Source of the DNA: Paraspadella gotoi
Lineage: Eukaryota > Animalia > Chaetognatha
Direction of reading: 5' to 3'
DNA: 64,000 nt
NCBI GenBank assembly: GCA_051294375.1
Contig: CM119269.1
Location: forward strand, 22,679,808 to 22,743,807
Below the pieces are notes generated by a model, which was not told where the DNA came from, did no database searches, and saw only the letters and a program-made list of their open reading frames with translations. The translations under genes and the position numbers were made by a program. Positions 1 through 12,601 of this stretch are shown here, one piece after another. Within the stretch, counting starts at the first letter, position 1, and every line of letters starts with the position of its first letter.

Positions 1-229
1 GGGGAGAGGAGTGAAGGAAGAGAGAGAGAGAAGGAGACATAAAAATATAAGAAATCTTAAAGAGGGTCAATATCGACCAGGAGCCCACTATCGAGAGAAA
101 CGAATAATGGAAAGAAAGCGGAAGAGAATAACGAGGATGGAATCGATGCATAGACGAATGTTTGAGGTGTACTAGTAAGTTGAGGTGAGGGTGAATATAA
201 TTGATATGAATAGTAATTTATTAGTGTTC

Positions 230-640
230 ATAGGAATTAGATGATTGATTCAGTGATAATCAATATTGTGCGGGGATGATAGTCATTCGCTGCTGTTGAA
301 TGATAGTCATTCAGTATGCGATTGATTTCAGTTCATGGATGTCGGATGGATTGGCATTCATGATGCGATTAGTCAAGAAAACAAAAAGATGCGGGTTATG
401 AGTGAGAAGAGGAGAGAGGAGAGAGAGAAAGAGGAGAGCATAAGAAAAAGAGAGAGAAAGAAAGAGAGAGGAGAGGAGAAGAGAGAGGAGAAGAGAGAGA
501 GAGAAAGAAGAGAATAAATCCACGAAAATCGTCGGAGATGAAAAATATGGATTTGTATTGAAAAAGCGCCGGAATAAACTGCAATTATAAAAAGTTTTAG
601 AAAGCAAAAAATAACCAGAATGTTTTTCAAAAAAGATCTC
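230..640. repeat. Composite interspersed repeat (GATAGTCATTC minisatellite + AG tract + conserved ~100 bp block)
   Basis: Block aaatccacgaaaatc...aaaaagcgccggaataaa...aaaagttttagaa (516-610) recurs at ~48075-48170, 48410-48470 and 49310-49380; the copy at 48075 also follows the same minisatellite and an AG tract. Confidence 0.7.
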
Positions 641-645
641 TCTCC

Positions 646-1185
646 ACTGGCATAATTTGGTTAACTTGCATAATTTGGTTAACTGATATAATTTTGTCAA
701 ATAATGTAATTTGGACAACAGGCATAATTTGCTTAAATTTGCCCTAAATAATGCTAAACCACCGGCATATAAATTTTGTCAACTGAGCATCGAATTATGG
801 TCAACTATGGTAATAAAGCAAGATTTGGTCCAAAGCTGCGCAATATTTGATCTTAGAGCTGGCATATATTTGGTTAAATACTTAGAGCCATGAAAGTTCG
901 ATCATCTTTGGCATATAATATCATCAAACCTTGCATCATTTGTGGTGAAACTGGCGCATGAGATTCTGGTCTCCAGATCAGGCATAAATATCTTGGGTCC
1001 CAACCTGGCAAGTAAAAGTTGTTGGTCAAACTGAGCAATACATTTCGGATGGTCAACTTGTATAATTTGGTCAACTTGCAAAATGTGATAAACTGGAATA
1101 ATTTGATCAACTGGCATAATTTGGTCAACTTGCATAATTTTGTCAATTGACGGAATTTGGTCAACTGGCATAATTTGGTCAATCA
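646..1185. repeat. 18-bp minisatellite (ctggcataatttggtcaa)n
   Basis: Tandem degenerate units; source of the spurious LTKLCQ / VDQIMP ORFs. Confidence 0.85.
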
Positions 1186-1204
1186 ATCCATCAATTAATC
1201 AATC

Positions 1205-1726
1205 AGAGAGAGATACTTTTAAAAATTGAAATAAATGGTTTTCTAATTTAAACTCTTTTCCACTCCTACGATTCTATCAAAAAATTTATATCCAGCTTAA
1301 TCTCATAGTTTCCTACCAACACACAAAATTTCATTTCAATTTATCTATCCAATTTTTAATCAATATCATAATTATGAGTAAATATAAGTAAAAATTCTTC
1401 AAGTAAATATGACTTTTGTTTTTTAAAATTTAAACTCATTTTCACTCGCACGATTCCATCGAAACTTTATATCCAGCTCAATCACACACTTTACCACCCA
1501 CACACAAAATTTCATTACAATCACGAGTATCACGAGTAATTGGAGTTTAATGCTAAGTGGGGATGGATGGACAGACGGACGGACGGACGGACGGACGTCT
1601 TTTTTTTTCATAATTTATTATAATTCGATATTCTGATATGATAAAAATGATTTACCGACAAGATTTTGTGGGTGGACCGACCGACCGACAAAGTGAATTA
1701 TAGAGATAAGCAGATCCGACTAAAAA
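1205..1726. mobile_element. Non-autonomous Helentron/DINE-like interspersed element with internal ~180 bp duplication
   Basis: (GACG/GACC)n tetranucleotide tract followed by aaagtgaattatag...actaaaaa; related pieces at ~11895-11975, 37311-37415, 38340-38420. Family assignment is inference from the GTCY-microsatellite architecture. Confidence 0.45.
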
Positions 1727-1968
1727 TAGAGGGCGAGATAATTTCATTGACAGAAAACTAAGTTTTTTAAGCCCAAGAAATAAAAGACTTAATAAATATA
1801 GAAATTATTTGAAATTAAACAATAAGCCAATAAGCTGTTCTTGAAGTTATAATAAAAATGTATCATGCAAATAATTTATCCTTCGACCGTCATAAAGTTC
1901 ACCTTTACTTTATTTACAATCTTAAATTCCTAAACTAAAGGCCAAATTTCGTGGTCGACCAATTACAG

Positions 1969-2728
1969 TTGGTTTCCAACTTTCAACCCTACAAAGTGAC
2001 GGACACCAGCTGGGAAATGAGCCAAACCTTTTATCTCTACATCTTTCTTTTTTGTACCGTAGTTTCTTTTCTTAAATGACTTTATTTAATTGAATACTGT
2101 GCATATAATTTGTATAAAACATGCAAAATGTATATTTATTTATATTTATTTTATTTGTCTCTTTAGTTCTATTTTTTATTTATTACGTTCTTTCTCTTTC
2201 TCTTTTTATTTTTCGTTTCCTGTATTTTCCTAAGTATTTTCTTTCTTTTTTTTTCTTCCTCTTTTTTGTCTTTCTTTTTATCTTTCTTTCTTTCCATTTT
2301 ATGTCTTTCTTGCTATATTTTTTTCATTTTCTTTTTTTTTCTCTTTTTTCTTTTTCTCTCTTAAGTCTTTCTTTTCTTTTCTGCTCTTTTTTTTATCTTT
2401 CTTTCTTTCTTTCCATTTTTCTGTATTTTTTACTTTATCTTTTCCTTTTTCTCTTTTTTTTCTTTTTTTTCTTTCTTCCCTCTTTCTTTTCTTTTCTTTT
2501 TTTTCTTTTTTCCCCCCTTTTTTCCCTTTTTTTTTTCTTAACTTCTTAACCCGACTCAAGTTTTATAAGCTACTTGACCTAATTCAAATAAATTAAACCT
2601 TTTTTTCCAAAATTTTTGATCATCAACTGTTAAAAATTATCTTTTAATCTTTTCCAATTTTTTTTCTTTTCCAGGTAGAAATCTCATCTTCACTGTTTGC
2701 TTTGTCTCGTTTGTCAAAATCCGTTTGA
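1969..2728 (+). CDS. Probable last two exons of an upstream membrane-protein gene (partial)
   Basis: Exons 1969-2058 (AG..GT, phase 0) and 2675-2728 (strong polypyrimidine acceptor) join to LVSNFQPYKVTDTSWEMSQTFYLYIFLFCT|VEISSSLFALSRLSKSV*; hydrophobic segment; family not recognised. Confidence 0.4.
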
Positions 2729-3109
2729 AATCGAAACCTCAAAGTTTTTTTTAGAAAATATTGACAAAAAATAGTTTAAAAAAAAAAGAGAAAGAGTAAG
2801 ATAAGCGATGAGAAAAAAAATATTTATAAAAAATAATTATTTCATTCAAAAAACTATATTATAGGAAGAAAAAAAAAAGAGTGAGAAAGATAGGATGAGA
2901 GCGAAAGAGAAATAAGAGGAAAATAAAGATAGAAAAAAAGAAAGAAAGATTAAAAAGATAAAGAGAAAGAAAGATAGAAAGTTTAGAAATAAAATAAAAA
3001 AAAGTAAAGACAGAAAGAAAAAGAGAAGAGAGTAAAAAAGAAAGAAAGAAAGAAAGAAAGACAGAAAGAAAGAAAAAAGAAAGAATTAAAAGATAGAAAG
3101 ATAAAAAAC

Positions 3110-3300
3110 AGAAGGCGTGAGCGACCGACCGACCGGAAAAGAAAAAAAAGAGTTTCCTTTAATTCGCGTCGCGTCAAAAACCTGCGTCGAATTCTGACCA
3201 ATCAGAGGTCGAGGATTTATTGGCTCCACCAATGAGCGTCGAGCAACGAAGAACGACGTTATCGGCGTCTCTCGGTCGTTGACCTCGGAGTGGAGCGGTG

Positions 3301-3336
<36 letters not shown>

Positions 3337-3350
3337 CGTTTCTTCCCCTT
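3110..3350. promoter_or_regulatory. CpG-rich promoter-like island with three CCAAT boxes
   Basis: ccaatcag (~3198), attgg (~3220), ccaatg (~3229) in a CpG-dense patch 1.7 kb upstream of the CERK-like ATG. Confidence 0.35.
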
Positions 3351-3511
3351 TGAGCTAAATATTTTTCCATTTTACTTTTCATAGCTCCGATTATTTTTAT
3401 TTATCACTTTTTGGTTGTACATATTTTATTTTGGTTTGTAGTATTTTGTTTATTGTTTATTGTTTGTTGTTTTTAATCTTCAGATTGATTTTTGGAGACG
3501 AATAGAGAAGG

Positions 3512-3560
<49 letters not shown>

Positions 3561-3779
3561 GAGTTTGCGTCAAATCTCTCCGTGTCAATCTTAGGGTCAA
3601 ACAGAAGAAGCACATTTTACAAATGGATAAAAAAAAGAAAAAAATATTTTTTTTGGATAAATTTATTATTTTTTTTTCTTATTTCGTGTCTACGATTTTA
3701 ATTAACATCTTTTTACTTTTTTCGTTTTCATTTTATTCAATTGTCAAAATTATTTCATTTCTATGATTTATCCCTTTCT

Positions 3780-4335
3780 TCTTACTTTACATCAAATTCT
3801 GTTATGTATTTTTCCTTCTTCTTCCATATTTTTTTCATTTTTCTTTCTCCTTTCTTTTCATTTTTCTTTCTCCTTTCTTTTCATTTTTCTTTCTCCTTTC
3901 TTTTCATTTTTCTTTCTTCTTTCTTTTCATTTTTCTTTCTTCTTTCTTATTATCTTTCTTTCACTTTTCTTTTTATCTTTCTTAACCTTTCTTTTCATCT
4001 TTCTTTCTCCTTTCTTTTCATCTTTCTTTCTCCTTTCTTTTCATTTTTCTTTATCTTTTCCTATCATCTTTCTTTCTCCTTTCTTTTCATTTTTCTTTCT
4101 CCTTTCTTTTCATTTTTCTTTCTCCTTTCTTTTCATCTTTCTTTCTCCTTTCTTATTATCTTTTTTTCACCTTTCTTTTTATCTTTCTTAACCTTTCTTT
4201 TCAGCTTTCTTTCTCCTTTCTTTTCATCTTTCTTTCTTTTTTCTTATCATCTTTCTTTCACCTTTTTTAAAAATATTTTTTAACCTTTCTTTTCTTTATT
4301 CTTTCACCTTTTTTTTATCTTTCTTTCATCTTTCT
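3780..4335. repeat. Pyrimidine-rich ~22-bp minisatellite (ttctttctcctttcttttcatt)n
   Basis: Directly visible tandem units; explains the F/S/L-rich ORFs. Confidence 0.85.
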
Positions 4336-4778
4336 TTCGATTTTCATCTCCGGGTTCATCGACCTATAATCTACATTATCATCAACATCATCATCATCAT
4401 CATCATCTTCATCATCATCATCATCATCTTCATCATCTTTGCCTCTGGGAATTTTACTCTTTCGAGTTTAAAAAAAAAGAACGAAAACAAACGTAAAAAA
4501 GAAGCTAAGAAAAACGGGACTATTTTCTAAAATCGCCTCATTTCTCTTCTTTAATCTCTGCACTAGTTAATAACCCAATCTCTAACGGTTGTTTTTTGCA
4601 TCCTTCAAATTTCTGAGAGAAGATAGAGAGAGGAGAGATGAGAGAGAGAGGAGAGAGAGAGAGATGAGAGAGAGAAAGAGAGAGAGAGAGAGGAGAGAAG
4701 AGAGATGAGAGAAAGAGGAAAGAGAGAGAGAGAGGGAGAGAGAAAAGAGAGAAAGAGAGAACAGAGAGGAGAGAGAAG

Positions 4779-4822
<44 letters not shown>

Positions 4823-5007
4823 AGAGAAGGCAGAGAGAGAAAGAGAGAGAGAAAGATGAGAGGAGAGTGAGAGATGAGAGGAGAGAGAGAGGAGAGGACG
4901 CGAGAGAGAGAGAGAAGTCAATAATATTCAATTCATAATTTTCCATATTAAATATATTTAATAAATCGTGATTTAGTTGTTCGAAAATTGGATTTGACTT
5001 TTAGAAA

Positions 5008-8000
5008 ATGAAACAAAAAATGGAACAAAAAATGGAACAGAAAATGGAATATAATTCAAAAGTTCGATCTTCTTCTCTCATCGACGATACGCTGCAAATC
5101 GTTTTTAATTCCGGGTAAGTTTAATCTCATTTGCATGCTGTAGTAATTTTTATTATTTTTTCGTATGTTTTAATTAAGTTTTCTTGAAAGTTTTCTTTTC
5201 TATTTTTGATAAATACCATTAATTAGCTTTTATAATGATTCAGATTTTCATTTAACATTAGATATTACACGGACCCTACTTGATGCCCTGATCTATATAT
5301 ACAATTGAAATAGGTCTTTGAAATATTATACCACTGAACTGGTAAAGAAGTCACGAAATTCTTTAATATTAAACTTTTTTATTGATTTGAATGTTTTTTC
5401 AATCTTTTGTCTTTTGCGTTTAATGATTTTAAACGTTTGATTGTAATTTGTTACTGAGTTTTGCTTTTACATTTTTTTACGAAGTAAATTTTAATATTTT
5501 AGTAGTGTTGTTATATGTTTTTATGTTAGGCATTTAGTGGTTTTTGTTATGTGTAGTTTTTATTTGTTTATGCTGTTATTGATACTGTTACTGTTTTTAA
5601 TTTATGTTAATACCGTTTTTGTTATTAATTAAAAAAAATTAAACGCGAATAAGACATGGACCCCCGGTATGTTATTTTCCGGTATTATTATATATTAATA
5701 AGGAAACAAAAATATCTCGTAAAAAGGATTGAGTCCCTGTCAAAACTCTGAAGGCAAGATAATCAAATTAATAATGAATTTATAATTTTTATATCTGAAA
5801 TTACGAATTTTATATCATTGTTTTTAACAGGGAAACAAGACGCATTCCGTTACAAGACATTTTGGTCGTCTCTACCGAAGAAATTACGGTTGTTTAATTA
5901 TTACTTATCAATTACCATTTATCATTTAAGATTTATCTAGTCAACCATGGCTGTGATACTTTGTTTCATTCTATAATAAATTCAATTATATTTTTCTATT
6001 AACTCTCCAATATTTACAAATTTCTCACTAACTATTGAGAATGTTTATAATTTTATTTTCTTGGCATGTATCAAATATTAAATACTACATAATTAATATT
6101 AAATATTAAATTAAGGTCAAGTTCATCGAGCGATTTGGACACAAATGGACCCTTTCCACGATTCGTCTGGGACGCGACGACGACGACGACGACGACGACA
6201 ACAACGACGACAACGTCTTCCGTCTTTTAAACAATTTGAGTCGAGAAATCGAAAAATTTATCCAACGACCGAAAAGACTTTTGATTTACGTGAATCCTGG
6301 ATGTGGGAATAATGACGGTGAGTTAATTGGGGGAAAGGGTGTTGGAATGGGAGAGGGGGAAGTAATGGGAGGGGAAGTAATGGGTGTTGGAAGTAATGGG
6401 AGCGGAAGAGGTTAAGATAGAGGGGGAAGTAATGAGGGGAAGTAATTGGTGTTGGAAGTAATGAGATCGGAAGTAATGATGGCTTTCTTTTCCAAAAGCT
6501 CTCAATAATTTTAACACAAATCTATTTATAAAACCATAACACGATCCCAAACCCTAATCGTTAAACCTAACCAAAACTAACCTCGATCTAACCTAAACTT
6601 TATTCCAGATTTGAGATGAAACGGGGGCATTTAGAGAAATCAAGGCCATAAAATTATATAATTATTTTAATTATTATATTATTAATATTTTATAATAAGA
6701 GTAGTAAGGATCGTTGAATCCAGTTCTCACGCACTCACTGGCGAGTTCACGTGAAAAGCTAAGTCAAGGGATGAAACCAATAAGCAGTGATAAAGGTCAG
6801 TTAACGGAGAGGAGGAGGAGAGGAGGAGGAGAGAGGAGAGAATGAGGAGACAGAAGAGGAGGAGGAGAAGAGAGGTTGGAGGAAAGAAAGAGGAGGAGGC
6901 AGAGAGGAGGAGGAGGAAGGGAGAAGGAGGAAGACAACAAACATTGTCATTTTGAGCACAACAATGAACTCGGCGACCAGAATAATCGCGTATTTATCAA
7001 ATTTCAAAATTATCTTAATCTTTTTAATTTGTTAATGATTAAAAATGTTAACATAGAAGACGAATTGCGTCATTGGTTGTTGTTGTTGTTGTTGTTTTCT
7101 TCGGTCTCCCGCTTCTGTGTCGTCGTCGTCGTCGTCGTCTTCATCGTCATCGCCCCCCGCCTCTTTTTTCGGAAGTTCTCCTCTCGCTTAATGCGATTAC
7201 CGTCGCGGCCGAGAATCGGAAGCCAACGATCGCGGCCAAAGAGATCGAAGGATCGAGGCTGAGATTTTGCGATTCAACGTTTGACGATTTTCTGGGTCAA
7301 ACCGAAGAGATGAAATAAAGATTGTTGGTGAATGGGATTTTAGATTTTGTGGTTGAAAGATGGAGGGCCCATTTAGTGTTAAATCTTTAAATTGTTCTTG
7401 TATTATAAGTTAATAATTATTAAAGTTTACCGCATTTCATTTATCATTTCTTTTTTTATGTTTATTTTTTTTCATAACTTAATTTAATCATTTAATTTTT
7501 TGCTTCATTTTAACTTCATTTTTAACTTCTTTGTTTCATTTCCTGCTTTAATTTCGCTACATTTTTTTGCTTCATTTTTTATTTCACTTTTTACTTTATT
7601 TTTCATTTCGTTTTACTTTAATATTAATATTTATTATTTGCCAAATTTTTCGCTTCATTGTTTCCGCTTTATTCTTTTCCGCTTCATCTTTCCGCCTCAT
7701 TTTTCCGCTTCATTTTCCGCTTCATTTTCCAGGCAAATCGATCTACTTCTCATTCGTGGCTCCGATTTTCAAAGAAGCGAAAGTCGAAGTGGAAGTTCGA
7801 TTCACGAGTCGAGCTAAGGAGGCATACCGGTGAGATGGCATGGCAGAGGTGACGTGGCATGGAAGACGTGAGATGGCATGGTAAAGGTTACATTGCATGG
7901 AAGACGTGAGATGGCATGGCAAAGGTTACATTGCATGGAAAGAGGTGAGGAGAAATGGATGGCATGGTAGGTTACATGCAAGACGTGATGGCAGCATTAT

Positions 8001-9431
8001 GGCATGGAAGAGGTGAGATGGCATGGAAAGGTCAATTGCAAGGATGATGCATGCGAGGACATGGCAGGAAGTGGTGAGATGGCATGGGCAGAGGTGACAT
8101 GGCAATGGAAGTGGTGGGCGAGAGGTACAGGGATTCCGTGGCATGGCAGAGGTGACAATGGCAAGGAAGTGGTGAGATGGCAGGCAAGAGGTGACATGGC
8201 AAGGAAGTGGTGAGATGGCATGCAAAGTTACATTGCATGGAAGTGGGTGAGAATGGCATGGCAAAGGTTACATTGCATGGAAGAGTGAATATGGCATGAA
8301 CAGAGGTGAGCATGGCAAGGAAGTGTGAGATGGCATGGCAAAGGTTACATTGCATGGAAGTGGTGAGATGGCATGGCAAAGGTTACATTGCATGGAAGAG
8401 GTGAAGATGGCATGACAGAGGTGACATGGCAAGGAAGTGGTGAGATGGCATGGCAGAAGGTGACATGGCAAGGAAGTGTGAGATGCATGGCAGAGGTGAC
8501 ATTGCAAGGAAGTGTGAGATGGCATGGCAAAACGGTTACATTGCATGGAAGAGGTGGGAGATGGCATAGAACAAAGGTGACATTGAGCATGGAATGTGGT
8601 GAGAATGGACAATGGCAGAGGTGACATGCGCAAGGAAGTGGTGAGATGGCATGGCAAGAGGTGACATGGCATGGAAGTGGTGAGATGGGCATGGAAAAGG
8701 TTACATTGCATGAAGAGGAGAGATGGCATGACGAGGTGACATGGCCAAGGAAGTGGTGAGAATGGCATGGCAAAGTTACATTGCATGGAAGAGGTGTGAT
8801 GGCATGACAGAGGTACATGGCAATGGAAAGTGGTGAGAACATGGCAATGGCAGAGGTGACATGGCATGGAAGTGGGGATTCTGTCTACTTTTTTCATCAT
8901 TCTGTCATTATTTTGTCACCATTCTGTCATGATTATTTTATTAATTTTTTTATCATTTTGTCATCATCATCTCATTAATATCTTATCATTTTGTCATCAT
9001 TACCTCATCATTTTGTCATCTTTATCTCATTAATATCTCCTCATTCTGTCATCATTTTTTCACTTTCCTTCTCCTCCCTTTGTCAGCGACGTCCGTGGAC
9101 GATCCCTTCTCCGATTCGACGCCGTGATCGCGATGGGAGGTGACGGCACCTGTCACGAAATCGTCTCCGGAATCCTCGACGCGCGACAGATGCGAGCAGG
9201 TGTCGATATGAACGTCACGAGGCCACGCCCACTGGCGCCGGAAATGCGGGTCGGGTTCATTCCGGCGGGGGATGGAGAGAGAGAGAGAGAGAGAAGAGAG
9301 AGAGAGAAGAGAGAAGCAGAGAGAGAGAGAGAGAGAGAGTTAAATTATTAAAAAAATGTAATTGAAATGGATTTATTTGTAAACGTATTTGTTCTCGTTT
9401 GTGACGCTTTTTATCTCTCTCTCTACTCTCA

Positions 9432-9494
<63 letters not shown>

Positions 9495-12400
9495 CCTCCC
9501 TACCCTCCATTCCTCCCGCTCCCCCCTCACCCGGAATGAAACCCGACCCGCATTTCCTGGGCGCCAGTGGGCGTGGCCTCGTGACGTTCATATGCGACAC
9601 CTGCTCGCATCTGTCGCGCGCTCGAGGTATTCGGAGACGATTTTCGTGACAGCTGCCGTCACCCCCATCGCGATCCACAGGCGCTCGAAGTCGGAGAAGG
9701 CATCGTCCACGGACGGTCGCTGACCTCAAAGGAGGAGGAAGGAAAGTTGAAAAATGATGACAGAATGAGGAGATATTAATGAGATAAAGGATGACAAAAT
9801 GATAGAGTAATTGATGGCCACAAATGTATTAAGATATTAATTGAGATGATGATTACAAAAATGATTAAAAAAATAATAATAAAAATAATCATGACAGAAT
9901 GGTGACAAAATAATGACAGAATGATTTTGAAAAAGTAGACAGAATTCCCCACTTCCATGCCATGTCACCTCTAGCCATTGCCAGTTCTCACCACTTTCCA
10001 TGCCATGTACCTCTGTCATGCCATCACACCTCTTCCATGCAATTGTAACCTTTGCCATGCCATTCTCACCACTTCCTTGGCCATGTCACCCTCTGTTCAT
10101 GCCATCTCTCCTCTTCCATGCAATGTAACCTTTCCATGCCACTCACCACTTCCAGCCATGTCACCTCTGCATGCCATCTCACCACTTCCTTGCGCATGTC
10201 ACCTCTGCCATGCCATTCTTCACCACTTCCATGCCAATGTGTCACCTTTGTTTATAGCCACTCGACCTCTTCCATGCAATGTTAACCTTTGCCATGCCAT
10301 CTCAGCCACTTCCTTGCAATGTCACCTCTGCCATGCCATCTCACCACTTCCTTGCCATGTCACCTCTGCCATGTCCATCTCACCACTTCCTTGCCCATGT
10401 CACCTCTGTCATGCCATCTCTCACCTCTTCCATTGCAATGTAAACCTTTGCCATGTCATCTCACCATTCCATTGCAATGTAACCTTTGGCCATGCCATCT
10501 CACCACTCCTTTGCCATGCTCACCTCTGTTATGCCATTATCAACCTCTTTCCATGCAATGTAACCTTTGCCATGCCATTCTCACACTCCATTCAATGTAA
10601 CCTTTGCATGCCATCTCACCACTTCCTTGCCATGTCACCTCTTGCCTGCCATCTCACCACTTCCTTTGCCATTGTCACCCTGCCATGCCGATCCTGTCAC
10701 CTCTCATCATCTCGACCACTTCCATGCCATGTCACCTCTGCCCATGCCATCTCACCACTTCCATGCCATGTCACCTCATGTCATGCCATCTCACCTCTTC
10801 CATGCAATGTACCCTTTGCCATGCCATTCTCACCTCTTCCATGCAATGTAACCTCTGCCTGCCATCTCACGTCTTTCATGAATGTACCTTTCCAATGCCA
10901 TCTCAGTTTCCATGCCACGTCAACCTCTTGCCCATGCATCTCACCGGTATGCCTCCTTAGCTCGACTCGTGAATCGAACCTTCCCACTTCGACTTTGCTT
11001 CTTTGAAAATCGGAGCACGAATGAGAAGTTAGATCGATTCTGGATAAATGAAGCGGAAAAATGAAGGCGGAAAAATGAAGCGGAAAATGAAGCGGAAAAG
11101 AATAAAGCGGAAACAATTAGTGAAGCGAAAAATTTGGCAAATAATAAATTATCTCTCTCTGNNNNNNNNNNNNNNNNNNNNNNNNNCCCCCTCCCCACAG
11201 CCGGGTCAGCCAACTCCGCCGCCAACGACTTCACAGGAATCAACGACGCAGTCACGGCTTCACTTCACATCCTCACTGGAGTCACGGCGGACAGGGATGT
11301 GATCACCGGTGAGGATTTGGGAAAATATTTGGATGAGGATTTGGGTCTTTTGGGACAAGATTTGGATCAGGATTTGGGACAAAATTTAGATGAGGATTTG
11401 GGAAAATATTTGGATGAGGATTTGGGACAAGATTTGGATGAGGATTTGGGACAAGATTTGGATGAGGATTTGGGACAAGATTTGGATGAGGTTATGGGAC
11501 AAGATTTGGGTGAGTATTTGTATTTTTCTATGCCTCTGCCTTGCTTAATTTTATGCCTCTAGCTTTTTTCCCCTTCTCCATGCCACCTTCCCGATGCCCC
11601 TTTTCCCATGCCTTTGCCATGCTCTTGCCCTCTTCCAGCCAACGATTCCACCACGGGCTCCTTCCTCGGGTATGCCCTCGTCAATGTCGTCATCCAACAG
11701 GGAATCGTTACCGAAGTCAAACGTATGGATCGACTTCGTCCGATATTCGGTCCCATGAGATACATCGTTGCTCCCATTTTGGGCATCTTTCTGCCCAAGA
11801 AGGTTCAGTTTTTTTTGGGCTCTTTTTGCCCATAAGAGACCTATTTCTGTCTTTATAATCCATAATCTTCACTGGCAAGAGGGTTTACGATCGAAAGATA
11901 AAAGTCACTTTTTGGTCGGTCGCTCGGTAGGTCTGTCAGTCAATCCTTTAAAAAATGCTCATAACTCGGTTAATACTTTATATATTAGGTTCATATTTTG
12001 GTAGGAAGGGTAGGCGCCATAAGACCTCTAACATGAATGTATAATTGTATAATATATATTAGAATTGTGAAGTAACCGCGGTCACCTTTAAAAATTGATC
12101 ACAAAACCGTTTTATGAATTATTAATTATTTTTATAATGTGTTGAACCGATTTCATATAAATTCACATTAATTAATTAATTAATTAATCAACAGATTCGC
12201 CGTCCGGTTTCGCTACAGAAGTTCAATTTTGTTGGGAAAGGAATCCAAAGTTTTTTGCGGAGAAATTGGGTTCATTGCGAAATTAGGACTGACAACGACG
12301 AAGTTAGGACCGACAACGACGAAGCCAACTGGGTCAAAGAGACAAAGTCTGCAGTGGACGTTTGTCTCTGGAACACAATGGGAATCAGCGTTTGGGATGG

Positions 12401-12532
12401 AGCTGGATTCTTTCCAGGTCAATTGGAAGAGAGAGAGAACGAAAGAATGAATTTCATAATTTCAAAAATAAACGAAACAATCACTCCATTACGTCTAATG
12501 GTGAGAGGAGAGAGAGAGAGAGAGAGTAAGGA

Positions 12533-12601
<69 letters not shown>

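Noticed and set aside
81-174. Possible exon at the window start
   Set aside because: Open on both strands, acceptor lacks a pyrimidine tract, phase does not join the 1969 exon.
2121-4946. Hydrophobic F/L/S-rich and R/E-rich ORFs here and throughout the window
   Set aside because: Products of (AG)n, (TTTC)n, (TAT)n and (GAT)n simple repeats.
7926-11006. Long Cys/His-rich ORFs (up to 342 aa) resembling metallothionein or keratin-associated proteins
   Set aside because: Translations of a ~38-bp intronic minisatellite, open in several frames on both strands.
11134-11562. Acidic DEDLGQDL repeat protein
   Set aside because: Repeat starts at the GTGAG donor of CERK exon 6; it is intronic.
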